Shown: positions 50,163 to 61,267 of the stretch, piece after piece | Layout of the letters: each line of letters opens with the position of its first letter | Position numbering within the stretch: position 1 is the stretch's first letter | NCBI GenBank assembly: GCA_937625935.1 | Contig: OW569374.1 | Coordinates: 372,001-436,000 of the forward strand | Source of the DNA: Tetramitus jugosus | Taxonomy: Eukaryota > Protista > Heterolobosea | Reading direction: 5' to 3' | Length of the DNA: 64,000 nucleotides | The notes under the pieces: model-generated | Told to the model about the DNA's origin: nothing | Databases searched by the model: none | The model's input: the letters and a program-made list of their open reading frames with translations, nothing else | Position numbers and translations under genes: made by a program

Positions 50163-51266
50163 TTAGTTTCTTTGTTGAACCAAGTCAGAGAGCTTGACCT
50201 TACCAATGTAGTTGTTCAAGACAGATCCCAAGTACATGTAACCTTCGTGAACATCAGCTTCAGCACATCTGGAGAAGAAGGTACCGTTGGCAGATCTAAT
50301 CTCTTCGAGAACTCTACCCTTGGAGTCAATCTTCTTGACCAAACCAGCAGACTCAATCAATGCCAATGTGTTCAATGGAGGGATATAGGTAATAGCGAGA
50401 TCTTGCAACTTTGGATAGTCCAAGATGGCACTCATTTCCTCAGAGGTATAAGAGAAGAGAGCAACATAGAAGTTTCCGTTACCGTCAGGTCTAATGTTGT
50501 CATTGTAACCACCAATGTCCTCAACCATGACTTCATTCTTTCCGGCCTTGCGTCCCTTCAAGAAGTACTTTCTAATCTTTCTGGCAGAGCACTCGTTGAC
50601 AGCCAAGAACTCTTCGTCCTTACCGACAGCAATACCGTTGGCGAATCTCAAGTCATCAATCTCAACAGTCAATGCACCAGTGGTCAAGTTCAACTTGAAC
50701 AATCTTCCATCAGGCTTGTTTGCAACAACAATGGAAACAAAGGACATTCTAGTGTAGATTTGACTAGTGTCAGTAAAGTACAAGGTCTTTTCGTTGTTGG
50801 TCAAGTACAAGCTGTTTGCCATCTTGAATTGAATACCATTGTATGAGTTGACAATGGTTTGAACGTTGGATGGGTTGGATCTGGAGATCTTGAGGATACC
50901 CTTGTAGGCATCAGCGACCCACAAGTTTTCAGCAGAATCGAATTGGAGGCCCAATGGTCTACCGCACAATGGCTCATTGAGAACGGAGACACCACACTTT
51001 GCTCTGTCTTCAGCAGACAAGTTTGGAACAGAGTAAGCATAGACAGTGATTTCGCCAGTGACCTTGTCGACTCTTCTGATGGAACCATCAGCGACACTAG
51101 TGTACAAGTTACCTGCTTCATCCCAGACCATGGATTCTGGACCGTTGAGGACACCTTGTCCAATCTTTTCCATCTTACTGAAGACCTTGACCTTGTTTCT
51201 GGAAGCGACGCAGAAAGCGAGGCACATGAGGAGAGCACTTAATACAATGATAGATACAGATCTCAT
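50163..51266 (-). CDS. Strictosidine-synthase-like / APMAP beta-propeller hydrolase, secreted
   Basis: Signal peptide; GPES, CGRPLGLQF, VADAYKG, YFTDTS, GRLF, LRFANGI, DNIR, LYLGS-like motif. Confidence 0.92.
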   Translation of the reverse strand: MRSVSIIVLSALLMCLAFCVASRNKVKVFSKMEKIGQGVLNGPESMVWDEAGNLYTSVADGSIRRVDKVTGEITVYAYSVPNLSAEDRAKCGVSVLNEPLCGRPLGLQFDSAENLWVADAYKGILKISRSNPSNVQTIVNSYNGIQFKMANSLYLTNNEKTLYFTDTSQIYTRMSFVSIVVANKPDGRLFKLNLTTGALTVEIDDLRFANGIAVGKDEEFLAVNECSARKIRKYFLKGRKAGKNEVMVEDIGGYNDNIRPDGNGNFYVALFSYTSEEMSAILDYPKLQDLAITYIPPLNTLALIESAGLVKKIDSKGRVLEEIRSANGTFFSRCAEADVHEGYMYLGSVLNNYIGKVKLSDLVQQRN

Positions 51267-51366
51267 TATTGCTAAGAGAGTTAAAAGTGATATATATTAT
51301 TTACGAAAGGGGTTGTTTGTTTTGTTTGTTGAAAGAAAGGATTCAAGTTCAAGAATTGTGAATCTT

Positions 51367-51375
51367 CTTTTATAG
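51367..51375 (-). promoter_or_regulatory. TATA box (CTATAAAAG) upstream of the strictosidine-synthase-like gene
   Basis: Canonical TATAAAA about 100 bp before ATG 51266. Confidence 0.5.
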
Positions 51376-51877
51376 TGGAGGTTATGTGTTGGAGAGGCGA
51401 CACGAGATGTCATCGGGTGAGGGTAAAACATCATCCCGAAGTGCCGACGAAACGTCAACCTTCACCGGATGAACCTCCTTTTTCTGTGAGACAGCTTTTC
51501 AGATTGTTCTGGACCTTGTAAGGCATGTTTCATCGGAATTTCCGATATCAAATCATTGTCGCTTGATGGACATGCGATAACCAATATGGTTTTGATGACG
51601 TCTATATGGCACGAGAGGTGATAAGCAATTGTACCCGAGCGCCTCTTTTTATTCCTTCCCCCGGTCTTGCCTTTGGAAGAAGAAGTGTGTAACGTGGTTC
51701 ACAAACTTTCGTGTGGGTACTCCTTATGTTTACAGTCGTTGACGGAGTGTCCTGTTTTCTTTACAGTGAATTTGTTTACCTTAGCTGACACCGATTCTCC
51801 CTTGGGAGGTGGTTTCTCAGAAGAAAGAGGAACGAACAAGAAGAACAAGAAAGGTACCTTCTCAAAATTTAATTTTT

Positions 51878-52375
51878 TTAGTAACTTTGATGTTGAATTT
51901 TCTCTTGTTGGTCTCTTCTGCATTCCTTCAAGGAATCCATAAAGAATTGACATGCCATCGTGTCGTTCTTATTCTCGTTCAAGCACCGTATCAAGTCTTT
52001 ACTCTGATAGTAGCACATGTCTCTTTCGTTTTGTTGTGCTTGTTGTCTACTGTCGTTCATCGAACCACTCATCTCTCTATTTTCCTGTGAATTGTCGTAG
52101 GAGTCAGGTGATGATTCAGGTGCTCCTGTCGAGTCCATTGCATCATTGATTCTCCTTGACACTGTATGTCCGATCGCACTACCAACCATCGAACCAACAA
52201 TGGTACCTCCAATTCCGCTACCCATGGGTCTCTGTTGCGGTGGTGGTGGTGCAGTTGACTGCGCTGTAGGCTGCGTGGTTCTTTTTGGAGTGGTTGCTGG
52301 AGGTGGTGCTGTTGTTCTCCTTGGTATGCTAGATGTTCTGGTTCGTGATGAACCTCCTCCACTTCTTCTTCCCAT
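51878..52375 (-). CDS. CHCHD2/CHCHD10/Mix17 family mitochondrial IMS protein, 165 aa
   Basis: MGRRSGG R/S/P-rich N-terminus, GSAIGHTV helix and twin CX9C (CYYQSKDLIRC...CQFFMDSLKEC); ATG at 52375. Confidence 0.9.
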   Translation of the reverse strand: MGRRSGGGSSRTRTSSIPRRTTAPPPATTPKRTTQPTAQSTAPPPPQQRPMGSGIGGTIVGSMVGSAIGHTVSRRINDAMDSTGAPESSPDSYDNSQENREMSGSMNDSRQQAQQNERDMCYYQSKDLIRCLNENKNDTMACQFFMDSLKECRRDQQEKIQHQSY

Positions 52376-53055
52376 TATTATTCTCTTTTTTGATGATCTT
52401 GTTTCTTTTCGATTGTTGTTTGAACGTGGTTTAGTTCTGGGTTTTGAATTTATAGTTTTGTCAACCAGTATTTTTAGAGAGTTCGGAACAACAATTTGTT
52501 TGAATGACAATGCAGACCGCAAGGAACGGAATGAAACTATGCTTGATGAACAAAGATTCCATCTGGTGAATTTCTCATTTGACTGACATTCACTCATTAT
52601 AAGCTTGCAAGATGACTACCTCCATTCGACTTGCATTCAAGTAATTACTTGAATCGCTAATGATGCATTCCCTCATTTATAAGGAGTTAAGGCACTCATT
52701 ATGAGTCGCAGAACAAGTGTTTACAACAAGGATAGCTGTCACACGATATGGGTGGTTGTAATCAAATCCCACCACAGAAAAAGCATTTAATTGTTTGAAG
52801 GGTATTCTCTCGCAACAAGCGAGACAAGACTTCAGAAGATGGCTGTACCAATCCAACAATCTTCATTACCAGCAAACAATTCAAGCCACGTGGATAACTC
52901 TTTTGAAAGGTTTGATCAAGTATTCAACTGTAAGCCAAATTCAACATATTTACATGCAAACAGTTGAGGATGCCATTCATTGTAAAGTAGGTGCAGTCTG
53001 TTGCAACATTGCACAACAACAACAAAAGGGCTAATGAAGTAAACAATACATTTAT

Positions 53056-54033
53056 TCAATGGCCAGCAGGCTTTGCGATATTGCTCTTACCAAACAGAGC
53101 AAAGATCAATGCAGCCACCTTTTCATAGGCCAAGAAATGGAAGGCAGCCATCAAAACAGTTTGCAACAACTTGACATTCAATCCCTTGTACCATCCAAAG
53201 AAACCATCTGCTTGGAACATTTGAATCAAACAGTCCAATGTGTTCTGATAAGTACGGATACCACTATTCTTTGTGTCCTCACCTGTTGCATTCCTGTTCG
53301 AGTTACGCAACTTACTCTGAGCCACTTGCAACGGATAAGTGACAAATGTAGCAATTGCCTTTGCCACTGCACCCACAATAAAAATCTCCCAGGTAGACAA
53401 TGATTTTCTACCACTAGAGTGTGCTCTTGCCAGAGCAATCTTTCGAATGGCATCATACGCCACAAATTGAATCGTCGGGTTCGAAACGAGAACGAGAGAA
53501 GCGACACAACCACTCCACAATGCACCGATACCTTCTTCCTGAGCCACTCGAACCAAACCATCAATAAAACCATTGTATGGTTTGAGAGCCTTACTACCAC
53601 TACCTCCTCCTCCTCTTGAAGAACCCTTTTGAGTCTTGAGTCTCGCAGAAACGACCCACAATGGACAAGTAGTCAAAACATTGACACAACCAGCAGCACT
53701 CGCAATCAACAAATTCTGACCAGTAGTCACATTGCGTTGACCCGTCGCATTCTTCACCAATGCCTTCAACATGTTATTCGTATAAAAATAGATAAAGTTA
53801 CTGGCAGCGAGTGAAGCCAAAACAGGCCCAAGTCCCTTGTATAGTGCACCTACACCTTCTTCTTGAATAATTTGTTGTGTGACCTGGAGAGAGTTTTTTC
53901 CCTTGAGATTCTCATTGACTTGCATGTATGTACGAAGAATGTCTAGTGGGTAAAAGGCGGACATGGCTACTTGACCACCAAAGGTGCCTGCAATGGCATG
54001 GACGAATGCGTCATATGTGAAAACTTGATCCAT
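53056..54033 (-). CDS. PMP34: Peroxisomal carrier PMP34/SLC25A17 (mitochondrial carrier family)
   Basis: HAIAG...FYPLD, TCPLWVV, LVSNPTIQF, AKAIATFVTYPLQ, YKGLNVKLLQTVLMAA. Confidence 0.88.
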   Translation of the reverse strand: MDQVFTYDAFVHAIAGTFGGQVAMSAFYPLDILRTYMQVNENLKGKNSLQVTQQIIQEEGVGALYKGLGPVLASLAASNFIYFYTNNMLKALVKNATGQRNVTTGQNLLIASAAGCVNVLTTCPLWVVSARLKTQKGSSRGGGGSGSKALKPYNGFIDGLVRVAQEEGIGALWSGCVASLVLVSNPTIQFVAYDAIRKIALARAHSSGRKSLSTWEIFIVGAVAKAIATFVTYPLQVAQSKLRNSNRNATGEDTKNSGIRTYQNTLDCLIQMFQADGFFGWYKGLNVKLLQTVLMAAFHFLAYEKVAALIFALFGKSNIAKPAGH

Positions 54034-54751
54034 TTTGATGATGATGATTTATGGTGAGATGGTTTTTTTTGTGTGTTGTTCTGTTGTTTTTTTTTTGTTG
54101 TTGTTAAAAGTACAGAGAGAAGAAGAAGAAGCAAACGAACGAACGAAAAAAAATGAGGGTTTTTTTTTGGTGCTTGTTTGTTTGGGTCGTTTGGTGATTT
54201 GTTGCTGTTGTTACTGTTGTTGATTGGTTGGTTGGTGGTTTGGTTGCCACGCCAGAGCTTCCATGTCGTGATGACACACAGAGAGAGTTTGTGTGTGCGA
54301 GGTAGGGAGGAGAAAAAACAAGGAAAATTGAGTGAATTTTGGCGGGAGTGAACGGAAGAATGGCACGTTGGGTTCAGAACAGCGAATTGACAAAAGAATT
54401 TGAGTCGGTGAAGTGTGGAAGAACAAGGCACCTTTGAATCGGGTGTACCGGGTTGTTTTGGTAATCGAGTCTTCATTTCAGGATGAGGTCCAATTTCCAG
54501 AAAGTGCACTTGGTCATCTCGGAAATACCAACTGCGGAAACTAAATGTTGTCACTCAAGTCACAAACGTTGTAAAGTTTTTCTTACTCAATGGTCAGTGA
54601 GTGGCATTTAAACGACTTGGAGTTATTCGATGATAATATACAATCAATACCACATACAAACAACAAAATAAGATAACCTTGAAATCCATCGTCGTGTACA
54701 TAAATACTAAAGAGGAGACAAATTTTGTTTTTTGAGTGAAAAGAAGACAAC

Positions 54752-56830
54752 ATGCAACAACTTAAATCATGGTGGACAATTGGGATCATCCTTTTATTGT
54801 CCTTAATTATGGGCACCTATTCTGTCAATGGTGCAAGGGTCGTAAGAATCAACGCTGGTGCTCCTAGCGATATCACTATCGGTGGAGTCGTCTGGAGCAG
54901 AGATAACGTTGCCCAGAATGGAGGACTGACTGGCAGTGGCACCGACACTTATACGCTCATCACCAACTCTGACAAGGCCATTCTGTTTAAAACTGGAGCA
55001 TATGCCCCTGAAGTCGAAGCCCCTCCATTGACCTACACTGTCAATGTAGACGCCGGAGTGCAATACAAATGTAGATTATACTTTGCTGAGACATATTCTG
55101 GATGTTTTGAGGCAAATAAGAGACTCTTCTCAGTGAACGTGAATGGTGCTTTGGTTCTTGGCCCAAATTTTGATATCTGGTCATTGGCTGGAGGACAATA
55201 CAAGGCTCTGGTTCGTGAGTTTGACTGTCAACCAACAAGCTCGGGAACGATCACTTTCACTTTCCTTCATTCTCAGCCAGCTAAAAATCATCCAATGGTA
55301 AATGCAATCGAAATCGTTGAAGCCAATGCAACTCCTTCCCCATCCCCATCTGCTACACCACCATCTCCTAGCCCTTCTCCATCACTAGTAACATGTTCAT
55401 TCTGTCCTGCAGGTTTGTACTGTTGTGGACAAGCTTGTTACAAGACATCTGAGTTTACCTGCTATGGTCAAACTCTGTGTCCTGCAAATTTACTGCTGTG
55501 TGGCCAAGCATGTTACTCTGCAAATTCTTACGACTGTTACAACGGAAATCTATATCAAAAGGGTACCGCTCCTGGGCCTAATCCACCTCCTCCACCACCA
55601 TCTACTCCTCCTCCACCACCTTCTACTCCACCTCCACCACCACCTCCACCTTCAACACCACCACCACCACCATCTTCAAACGGAGGAAATCCAAATCCAA
55701 ATCTCCCTTTGGAGACTGCTGTATATAGAATCAATTGTGGACAATCTGGAGCTACCTATGTTGAAAATGGTGTGACGAAATCAGGTTACAAGGACAGTAG
55801 AGGAAAGGTGTGGGACAACGATAACTATTTCAGTCCTTCAAATGTTGATACATTCTTCAACCTTCAATTCAAGGAACCTCATCCTTATGGAATTGAAGGT
55901 ACCTATGATCCACATATTTTGTTGACAGAGAGATGGAGCCCTAACACATTCTCATACACCTTCCCTAACATTGCCTCTGGAAGATATCTAGTAAGATTGT
56001 ACTGGGCAGAGTTGTATGACGGTAATTTTATCCTGTATGATAACAACAATCCAAATCAAGGCTTGAGAGGAATTGGAGTACGAGTGTTCAGTGTGAGTGC
56101 CAATGGTGTTTTGAGGATTCCAAAGGTTGATGTGTTCCAGTCAAATGGTCCTTATGCCCAATTAGTCAGAGAGTTTTGGATAGATGTTGGAGGCGAAGGA
56201 TCCATCAAGATCGATTTTAACAAGATTGTTGAGTCACCAATGATTCAAGCCATCGAAATTGTTCGTGAATCTAACGTTGTTCCTCAACAACAACTACCAC
56301 CTGGCAGGAAGCAAGGTCTGCTTTCTCAATTCTATGACTATCGAGACTACCCTGAAAGTCCAATCCAAACCATGCCTGATGGCGGAGACTTCAAGAAACC
56401 CGTTGCATACACCGAGATTTCGAACTACTTTAGCAATCCAAACAACTATGGTATTTTCCGTAGCACACCATTCATGGAGCAATTCGCAATGAAGGTTGAC
56501 GGGTATCTCAGAGTTCCAGTCGCCGGAACCTACATTATTACTCTGGAGAGTAACGATGGATCTCAAATGTGGATTTGGACTAACGAGAATAAGCAAGGTA
56601 CTCCAGCATTTATTGACAATGATGGAAATCACAGAAACCTCCAGGAAAAGGTTTATGTCACTTTTAACGCACCAGGTTTCTATCCAATTTTGATCAAGTA
56701 TTTCCAGGGACATATTAACACTTGTGTGAGAATATACTGGATGACTCCAAGTGATGATCAAAACAGGTGGACAGAAGAAGTGGATGTTGGAAGAATCATT
56801 GGACCTGAGTTCTGGTCATACAATGGTTGA
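54752..56830 (+). CDS. Secreted multi-lectin: malectin - CBM52-like - poly-Pro - malectin - PA14
   Basis: Signal peptide; RINAG...LYFAE...RLFSV...PMVNAIEI; CGQACY repeats; (STPPPPP)n linker; second RINCG...YWAE; PA14 LESNDGS...DNDGNH...YFQG. Confidence 0.85.
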   Translation: MQQLKSWWTIGIILLLSLIMGTYSVNGARVVRINAGAPSDITIGGVVWSRDNVAQNGGLTGSGTDTYTLITNSDKAILFKTGAYAPEVEAPPLTYTVNVDAGVQYKCRLYFAETYSGCFEANKRLFSVNVNGALVLGPNFDIWSLAGGQYKALVREFDCQPTSSGTITFTFLHSQPAKNHPMVNAIEIVEANATPSPSPSATPPSPSPSPSLVTCSFCPAGLYCCGQACYKTSEFTCYGQTLCPANLLLCGQACYSANSYDCYNGNLYQKGTAPGPNPPPPPPSTPPPPPSTPPPPPPPPSTPPPPPSSNGGNPNPNLPLETAVYRINCGQSGATYVENGVTKSGYKDSRGKVWDNDNYFSPSNVDTFFNLQFKEPHPYGIEGTYDPHILLTERWSPNTFSYTFPNIASGRYLVRLYWAELYDGNFILYDNNNPNQGLRGIGVRVFSVSANGVLRIPKVDVFQSNGPYAQLVREFWIDVGGEGSIKIDFNKIVESPMIQAIEIVRESNVVPQQQLPPGRKQGLLSQFYDYRDYPESPIQTMPDGGDFKKPVAYTEISNYFSNPNNYGIFRSTPFMEQFAMKVDGYLRVPVAGTYIITLESNDGSQMWIWTNENKQGTPAFIDNDGNHRNLQEKVYVTFNAPGFYPILIKYFQGHINTCVRIYWMTPSDDQNRWTEEVDVGRIIGPEFWSYNG

Positions 56831-57113
56831 ACTTAAGATGAATCTAATAAAACAGACTGATTACTCGTAAATCTATACTCCATCACCTCTCAGAGGAGCT
56901 GCTGAATAGCGGAATTTAATCCAATGGGTATTGAGTAACGAAAAAATCAGAAATCCGTAAAAAAACGGCGATGACCAGGTGGTTATTTCCGGGTTTACGA
57001 TGTGACCCAATTATTTCGACTATGATTTCATGAACGCAGGTCACTTTATATCAAAAAGAGACAGCCTTATTCGAGAGAAATCTCCAGAAAACTAACAACT
57101 AAAGAAAATCATC

Positions 57114-58508
57114 ATGAATAATCAAATATTTCGGACCTCTTGCTGCAAGCCAAGTCTGTTGCTCCCTTTACTGTCCATCTTTCTCATCTTTTTCTCACTT
57201 CAGGGCTCTGTTGCTCTGGCTGCCAGTAATCCCAATCCCACTCTCCCTTTAGAGTATTCTCTATATCGGATCAATTGTGGACAAGATGGTGCAAGATACT
57301 TGGAAGAAGAAGGAGAATGGATCATGTTGGGGTACAAAGATAAGGAAGGAAAAGTTTGGGCTGATGACAACTACTTCACTGCATCCAATACGACTTTCTT
57401 TGATAATCTGACATATGCTGAACCTCATCCATATGGTATAGAAGCAACACATGACCCGAACATCCTTTTAAAAAGCAGGTGGAGCACTAGTTCCTTCTCC
57501 TACACTTTCCCAAATGTAGACTCGGGAAGGTACCTTGTAAGATTATACTGGGCTGAATTGGACAACAACAACTTTATACTGTTTGATGGTTATGTGAACA
57601 AAATGTTGAAGGGAGTGGGTGTTCGGGTCTTCAGTGTGAGCGCCAATGGTATGTTGAAGATTCCAAAGGTAGATATCTTCCAATCAGTTGGTCCGTATGC
57701 TCAACTTGTCAGAGAGTTTTGGGTGGATGTGCAGGATGAGGGGTCCATAAAGCTTGACTTCAACAAGTTGATTGGTTCACCCATGATCCAAGGAATAGAA
57801 ATAATTTCAGAATCGCGAGTGGTTCCTCAACAAGTGTTGGCAACTGGGGTTCAACAAGGACTTCTCTCTTTCTTCTACAACTATAGCGATTATCCTGAAA
57901 GTCCAATCAAAACAATGCCAGACAAAGGAAACTTTTCAAAACCTATATCCTATGTGGAAATTTCTAACTATTTCAGTAATCCCAACAATCTAGGACGATT
58001 CCGAAGCTCCCCTTTTATTGACCAGTTTGCCATGCAATCTTCGGGTTTCTTGAGAATTCCAGTCGCTGGAAAGTACAAGATTACTTTAGAGAGCAATGAT
58101 GGATCTCAAATGTGGATTTGGACTGATCAACAGAAACAAGAACCACCTCAGTATATAGACAATGATGGCAACCATCGAAATATTCAAAAGTACACCAATG
58201 TAACCTTCGCTGCCCCTGGATTCTACCCTATTCGTCTGAAATATTTCCAAGGACTAGTGTACTCCTGCTTGAGACTCTATTGGATGACACCCAGTGATGA
58301 TCAGTCTCTCTTTTCTCTTGGGAGAAACGTTGGAAGGATAATTGGTCCAGAGTACTTTTCTTTTGAGCAATCAGAACTTTTAGAGGTCATATCTGCACAT
58401 GTTAATGGAACTGAAGGTCTCATACTGAATGGAGTCGCAACCTCCTTTATTTATTCTCCAATTCTGTACTTCTTACTCTGGGCTATCACAATTCTTTTTC
58501 AACTCTAA
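57114..58508 (+). CDS. Malectin-PA14 tandem paralog with C-terminal hydrophobic (GPI/TM) anchor
   Basis: Aligns by eye with the C-terminal two-thirds of 54752..56830 (EPHPYGIE, GVRVFSVSANG, YPESPI, YWMTPSDDQ); terminal FIYSPILYFLLWAITILFQL. Confidence 0.85.
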   Translation: MNNQIFRTSCCKPSLLLPLLSIFLIFFSLQGSVALAASNPNPTLPLEYSLYRINCGQDGARYLEEEGEWIMLGYKDKEGKVWADDNYFTASNTTFFDNLTYAEPHPYGIEATHDPNILLKSRWSTSSFSYTFPNVDSGRYLVRLYWAELDNNNFILFDGYVNKMLKGVGVRVFSVSANGMLKIPKVDIFQSVGPYAQLVREFWVDVQDEGSIKLDFNKLIGSPMIQGIEIISESRVVPQQVLATGVQQGLLSFFYNYSDYPESPIKTMPDKGNFSKPISYVEISNYFSNPNNLGRFRSSPFIDQFAMQSSGFLRIPVAGKYKITLESNDGSQMWIWTDQQKQEPPQYIDNDGNHRNIQKYTNVTFAAPGFYPIRLKYFQGLVYSCLRLYWMTPSDDQSLFSLGRNVGRIIGPEYFSFEQSELLEVISAHVNGTEGLILNGVATSFIYSPILYFLLWAITILFQL

Positions 58509-58542
58509 GTAAAAAAACAACGGACGGTAAAACCCACAAAAA

Positions 58543-58980
58543 ATGACATTTGTTTATGCACAAGAGAATGATGGTGTGGATTGGAACGAAACATCAGCCA
58601 CATCAACAGGTGGCAGTGCTACAATCTATCTTCCCAAAGGAGCCACATCCCTCAAAATACGTGTGACCAAACCATGCACAAAATATGACTTTGAGCTTAT
58701 TGTAACCACTCACAGAAACTGGCGTGACAATCAAGTAGCGGCCTATCTGTCCTCTGGTGGTTTGTACACAAGGTATGGAAGTCAAGCTCCTGCTTCACCT
58801 ATCCCGATTCGTAGCTGGGGAGAGACCGGAAGTGTGGCCAGTGTTACAGTAGATTATGACAGACGAGTTATCACATTTTATTGCAATGAGGTGCCGCAAG
58901 CAGTGTTTGCCTTAGAATTGAACGAAGTCTTATTGGGAATTCGTGTACATCATGGTGGAGCCATAAATTTGATTCAATAA
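58543..58980 (+). CDS. Small SPRY/B30.2-like beta-sandwich protein
   Basis: YLSSGGLY...GSVASVTVDYDRRVITFYCNEVPQAVF resembles the SPRY C-terminal strands. Confidence 0.55.
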   Translation: MTFVYAQENDGVDWNETSATSTGGSATIYLPKGATSLKIRVTKPCTKYDFELIVTTHRNWRDNQVAAYLSSGGLYTRYGSQAPASPIPIRSWGETGSVASVTVDYDRRVITFYCNEVPQAVFALELNEVLLGIRVHHGGAINLIQ

Positions 58981-59083
58981 ATCTCGTGAATGACACAGAA
59001 GTCAGAAGTCAAATGTAATTCAACAGGGAGGGAGTTTCAGTTACTCCGAATTTACAGACAAACAACTTCAGCATCTTGATAAT

Positions 59084-61108
59084 ATGAAAAGAAATGCAGG
59101 TGAAATAGAGCTCAGGTTTGAGAAATTAAAAGAAATAATTGGTCAATTCTCGAGCATTGTCGACCAGAAAGTATCAATCATCGAAGATGCTTGTACCAAA
59201 ATTTCTCAAATCGAGGAACAACAGGATCGGTTCCGTCTCAAAGTAAATGAGCTAATTTCGATTCAAACAGATGGACTCAAAGACGTCAAAGCAGCTGCTC
59301 GAAATCTAGAAAAGGTTGTGAAGAGCGATATTGAACTGATCACGTACCGGATGAAGAAGAAAATGAATGAATATGATGAATTTAGGTCGCAGCTGAACTC
59401 TTTGTTGAAACAGGCTGATCTATTGTTCAACTCTGACAATGAAAGTGAAGTCTTAGGCAGTTCTAAACAAAATGAAGACTGTGTTCGAGACCCAAATGTT
59501 GATTCGGATTTAGAGAGACTTGTTTCAGATGCCAGTAGTGAACTGGATCGACTTAAAGAAGAGAATACTATGTTGACAGATGTTGCGAATGAACAAAAGA
59601 AGGTCATTGATCAATTGGTTGAAGAGCGAGGAATACTTGTGGAATATAGTGAGCAGGAGATAGAAAAATGGAAACACCTTTCGTTCTTGTCTGTACCTCT
59701 CATTCAACTGTTAGATATACGCATGAGAAGCAACCAAGAACATCCCGAGACACCTCAGGCAAATGTAAATGAAATAGAAAATAGTTCTCCTTCAGTTCAT
59801 CAAACTAGTCAAGTGGATGTAGTAGCGAACGCTCTTGTGGACCCGAGGGAAACTCAAGTCACTGAATCTTTAGTACTTGAACCAGATACTGGAAGAAATA
59901 ATGAAATTCCAAATGATATAGTCATCGAACATCTGGCAATATCTAAATCGAATGAATTGTTAGAGCAAAAAGAACCGTCTGAGGCAGATATACAACCAGA
60001 GGCGAAGATACTCACAGAAGACAATAGTTCCACTATTCAACATTCCTCATCTGAACTAACTATACTAAGCAGAGAAATATTTAACGATATTGGACATCCA
60101 ATTGCTACTAGTACTCAAGTGAAGGAGCTCAAAGAACTTTTTACATCATATTCTCAATTACAGCGATCCAACATTGGTTGTAAAGAGAAGGATCATGTTG
60201 ATGGCTTCGGGAAGAGAGCTTGCTTTAACACTCCATTATCGCTTCATATCATCAAAAACAACATATATGTTTCAGATATAGGGAACAAAGCAATCCGCAA
60301 AGTGAACATTTCAGATGGTCTGGTATCGACTGTAACAAATCCAATTGAGCCACATCTAAAGTTTAAATGTCCTGGAAGTGTTTGTGCGACAAGGGATGGA
60401 TTAACTTTATTTATTTCAGACCTATTCTCTCACCATATTTTTGAAGTTGATGTAGCCAGTGGATCGATAAAGCACTCCTTCACAAAATTAATAGCTCATT
60501 TGGGAAAAATTAGGCATCCTTCCCATGTTTTAGTCGATGAGGAAGATTTTGTGTATATATCTCATTCCCAAGGAATACTTCGAGTACCTTTAAGCTTTGC
60601 CTCGTTAACAAAAAACAGTGGCACAACGATACAATCTCGATCAATAACGTACGTTGGCAACCCTAAACGTAGAGGCTACAAGGATGGTTCTTTTGATGAG
60701 TGTTTATTCGATCATCCGAACGGAATGACATTTCTAAGTCAGAACATCTTGCTTGTTTGTGATAGTCGAAACAATGTGTTGAGGATCGTGGATTTCGAAC
60801 GGAGGGTGGTGGAGACGTTTTGTGGTAATGGAAAGAGTGGATGTGTTGATAAATCCATATTTGAATGCTCGTTTTGTCTGCCCAAGAAGGTATGCTACAA
60901 CATGGAGAAGAATCGCTTGTATTTGACAGAGAGTTCCCACGGCAACATTCGTGTCATCGATTTAGATGCAGAGAAGGTATCAACTCTGGTTATTACTCCT
61001 CCTCTGATATCTCCATACGATATTGCATGTATGAAACTCTCAGACTCTGAGACATTATTTGTTGTAGATTCAGATGCTCATTGTATCGAACGCATTGTCC
61101 TCACCTGA
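59084..61108 (+). CDS. Coiled-coil + NHL-repeat protein
   Basis: DGFGKRACFNTP...IYVSDIGNKAIRKV, GYKDG...FDHPNGM...VCDSRNNVLRIVD, VVDSDAHCIERI. Confidence 0.85.
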   Translation: MKRNAGEIELRFEKLKEIIGQFSSIVDQKVSIIEDACTKISQIEEQQDRFRLKVNELISIQTDGLKDVKAAARNLEKVVKSDIELITYRMKKKMNEYDEFRSQLNSLLKQADLLFNSDNESEVLGSSKQNEDCVRDPNVDSDLERLVSDASSELDRLKEENTMLTDVANEQKKVIDQLVEERGILVEYSEQEIEKWKHLSFLSVPLIQLLDIRMRSNQEHPETPQANVNEIENSSPSVHQTSQVDVVANALVDPRETQVTESLVLEPDTGRNNEIPNDIVIEHLAISKSNELLEQKEPSEADIQPEAKILTEDNSSTIQHSSSELTILSREIFNDIGHPIATSTQVKELKELFTSYSQLQRSNIGCKEKDHVDGFGKRACFNTPLSLHIIKNNIYVSDIGNKAIRKVNISDGLVSTVTNPIEPHLKFKCPGSVCATRDGLTLFISDLFSHHIFEVDVASGSIKHSFTKLIAHLGKIRHPSHVLVDEEDFVYISHSQGILRVPLSFASLTKNSGTTIQSRSITYVGNPKRRGYKDGSFDECLFDHPNGMTFLSQNILLVCDSRNNVLRIVDFERRVVETFCGNGKSGCVDKSIFECSFCLPKKVCYNMEKNRLYLTESSHGNIRVIDLDAEKVSTLVITPPLISPYDIACMKLSDSETLFVVDSDAHCIERIVLT

Positions 61109-61267
61109 AGTTGACCGATAACTCGGCATTCCCATTTGGTGCTTGGCGCGCTATCCTACTGTCAAAAGTCAACAAGATATTTTCCCGCCTTTCAAACACG
61201 TCAAATAAATTCTGTTTGGTGGTGAACAAGGGGCACGGAAGAGCCTCCACTTTGCCCACACTGGGCA

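Noticed and set aside
50151-51242. Long plus-strand ORFs antisense to the strictosidine-synthase-like gene
   Set aside because: Same codon-bias shadow effect
51400-53050. Short ORFs flanking CHCHD2 (51667-51953, 52677-53034)
   Set aside because: No motifs; they overlap UTR or promoter space
55573-55680. CCA/CCT tandem repeats resembling an array
   Set aside because: Encode the poly-Pro linker; no repeat-spacer structure. No CRISPR array, tRNA or rRNA was recognised anywhere in the window
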